From contig OX597841.1 of assembly GCA_951406725.2 (NCBI GenBank), forward strand, positions 14,694,001 to 14,758,000: DNA of 64,000 nt, in the 5' to 3' direction. The position numbers and the translations under genes were made by a program. The notes beneath the pieces were generated by a model, which saw only the letters and a list, made by a program, of their open reading frames with translations, ran no database searches and was not told the origin of the DNA. Shown piece after piece: positions 62,400 through 64,000 of the stretch (position 1 is its first letter; each line of letters opens with the position of its first letter). Source of the stretch: Octopus vulgaris (taxonomy: Eukaryota).

Positions 62400-63200
62400 T
62401 TTCTGCCCTTTTAAAACGTCAAACACACTATATATATTGTTAACTGTTTCTTATATGTATTAACCCTCCCAACAACTGTTTGGATAACTTTATTGAGTTC
62501 ACATGATCTAAAATCACTTAGACATCTTCCTTGTGGGGCCAGTGTATAAAGGTGTCATCAACATATCGTAGCCATAGTGTTGGCTTTAGTGGTGTTGATC
62601 ATAACGCCAAATTCTCAACGTATTCCATGTATATATTGACTATCACTGGTGATAATGGCGAACCAATAGCTAAATCCTCTTTTTGTCGATATATATATCA
62701 GTGCCCATACTGAAATAGGTAGTTTCTACACAGACGGTCAACATTTCCATGAAGTTTTATTGGTATACTGGTGCGTTCTTTTAGATGGGTGTCTGTCACT
62801 AGTTTTTTTTTCTTGTATTACTGGTAGTCTTTCACTAGTTGGGACTTTGGTGAAGAGGCCTATCACATCTAGTCTCACCATCTGGTTGGATTCAATGGGG
62901 GTATATTGATCAATTCAGTGGAGTGGGTGTAATTCTTCACATACGATGTTGACTTTCCTGCTAATGGACTGATTATATCCACAAGAAAGCGGCTCAATGC
63001 ATGACATGCTGAACCTCTACAGTTCACCATAGGTCTTAACGGAAGTACCATTCTTGTGAATTTTAGGGAGACCGTACATGTGTGGTAGTTTACTGTAGTG
63101 TTGAGTCACTTTTTTGTACTTCATTGGTGTAAAGTGATCCCTGATCTTGATCAAGATCTCTGTTTTCAGAGTTGGGCCATTCTTTTCTTTGCTGTAGCTA
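62400..63200 (-). mobile_element. Penelope-like element reverse transcriptase remnant
   Basis: PHMYGLPKIHK, LDVIGLFTKVP, GSPLSPVIVNIYME, WLRYVDDTF motifs with stops and frameshifts. Confidence 0.82.
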
Positions 63201-64000
63201 CCATCATTTATAAGACTTGTCCAATGTAAATAATGCAAATAATGTAAATAATGAAAAATAACATGGACATTTACACCCATAATCTATGCACCATCTAGAT
63301 GAATAGCAAGGATCATCTTATTGTCTATTGTAATGAACAACCAGTTGATAAGGCCTGCAAAACCGAAACTCATCCAGTACTCTCATTGCCCGCTGTTGAA
63401 AGAGATTTATGCGTATGCTTTTTATTTCTTTTTAAAACAGCATATCCATCCTAGATGATACCTTAAGTCATATACTGCAGTAAATTGTCTATTGTCTGTG
63501 CGTTAACATTATTCTAATTATCATTATTATTTTAATTATATTAGGGAGAAAAATCTGGCGAGTTTCTCACACATAGCACCTCTTAATTAAAGCCAGTATT
63601 TCTTCGCATAATGTACACGAGTGTGAAGATGTGAAGAAAAAGATTATTGAAATATAATACACCTAGAGAAATTCTACAAAGATACACTATTCATGAACAC
63701 AATATATAAAACGGTAGTAAATATTCACTGCAGGAATGACTAAAGAAGTAAATGTAAATATTTACTCATAGGTTATTATTTTATTGGGAGTTTAAAGGTC
63801 ACATATTATAAATTAATCGTTACTTATGTGGAATTTCTGATTTCGAATCCTACTCAGTCGATAATAGACAATATTCCCTTGGGGAATCAATAATCTGGTT
63901 ATTTCAATGAAATACTAATATAGCTGGTCCTGAAATAGATCCAATATTGTTTGTGTAGATTATGAAGCAGAAACACAAGTCCGATTGATTAAATTTGTAC

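Noticed and set aside
60000-64000. Final FBXO4 exon
   Set aside because: No phase-0 acceptor followed by a plausible G..W-type C-terminal peptide was found by eye; it probably lies beyond the window.

Overview
Repeat-dense eukaryotic genomic DNA. It is most likely from an octopus (coleoid cephalopod), inferred from the tRNA-derived SINE families, long microsatellites and gene content. Four protein-coding genes can be reconstructed with phase-consistent GT-AG exons: (1) DNAI3/WDR63, the axonemal inner-arm dynein intermediate chain (minus strand, 8 coding exons 12646->84, runs off the left edge), with an RFX X-box promoter and an acidic DVP-repeat N-terminus; (2) WDR61/SKIC8 (minus, 11 coding exons 32150->17512, 305 aa if the weak first exon is right); (3) a single-coding-exon TFIIIA/GTF3A-like gene (minus, 37233-39515) with the 9 canonical fingers, the RSLASRLSGY motif and 4 extra C-terminal fingers; (4) FBXO4 (plus, 5 coding exons 49067->54922, last exon not found). 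There is one tRNA-Cys(GCA) gene. Mobile elements include a near full-length CR1-type LINE (PHD-ORF1, APE-RT ORF2), a Penelope-like RT remnant, an R4/Dong-like 3' end in (AAT)n, Tc1/mariner remnants and many MITEs and SINEs. The most notable observations are a tRNA-headed short element carrying a Penelope-type hammerhead ribozyme plus several other hammerhead-like motifs in palindromes, an inverted-repeat-bounded (TTAGGG)n array just 5' of FBXO4, the extended TFIIIA, and several local duplications and fold-backs. Gene identities come from recalled motif similarity, not from database searches.
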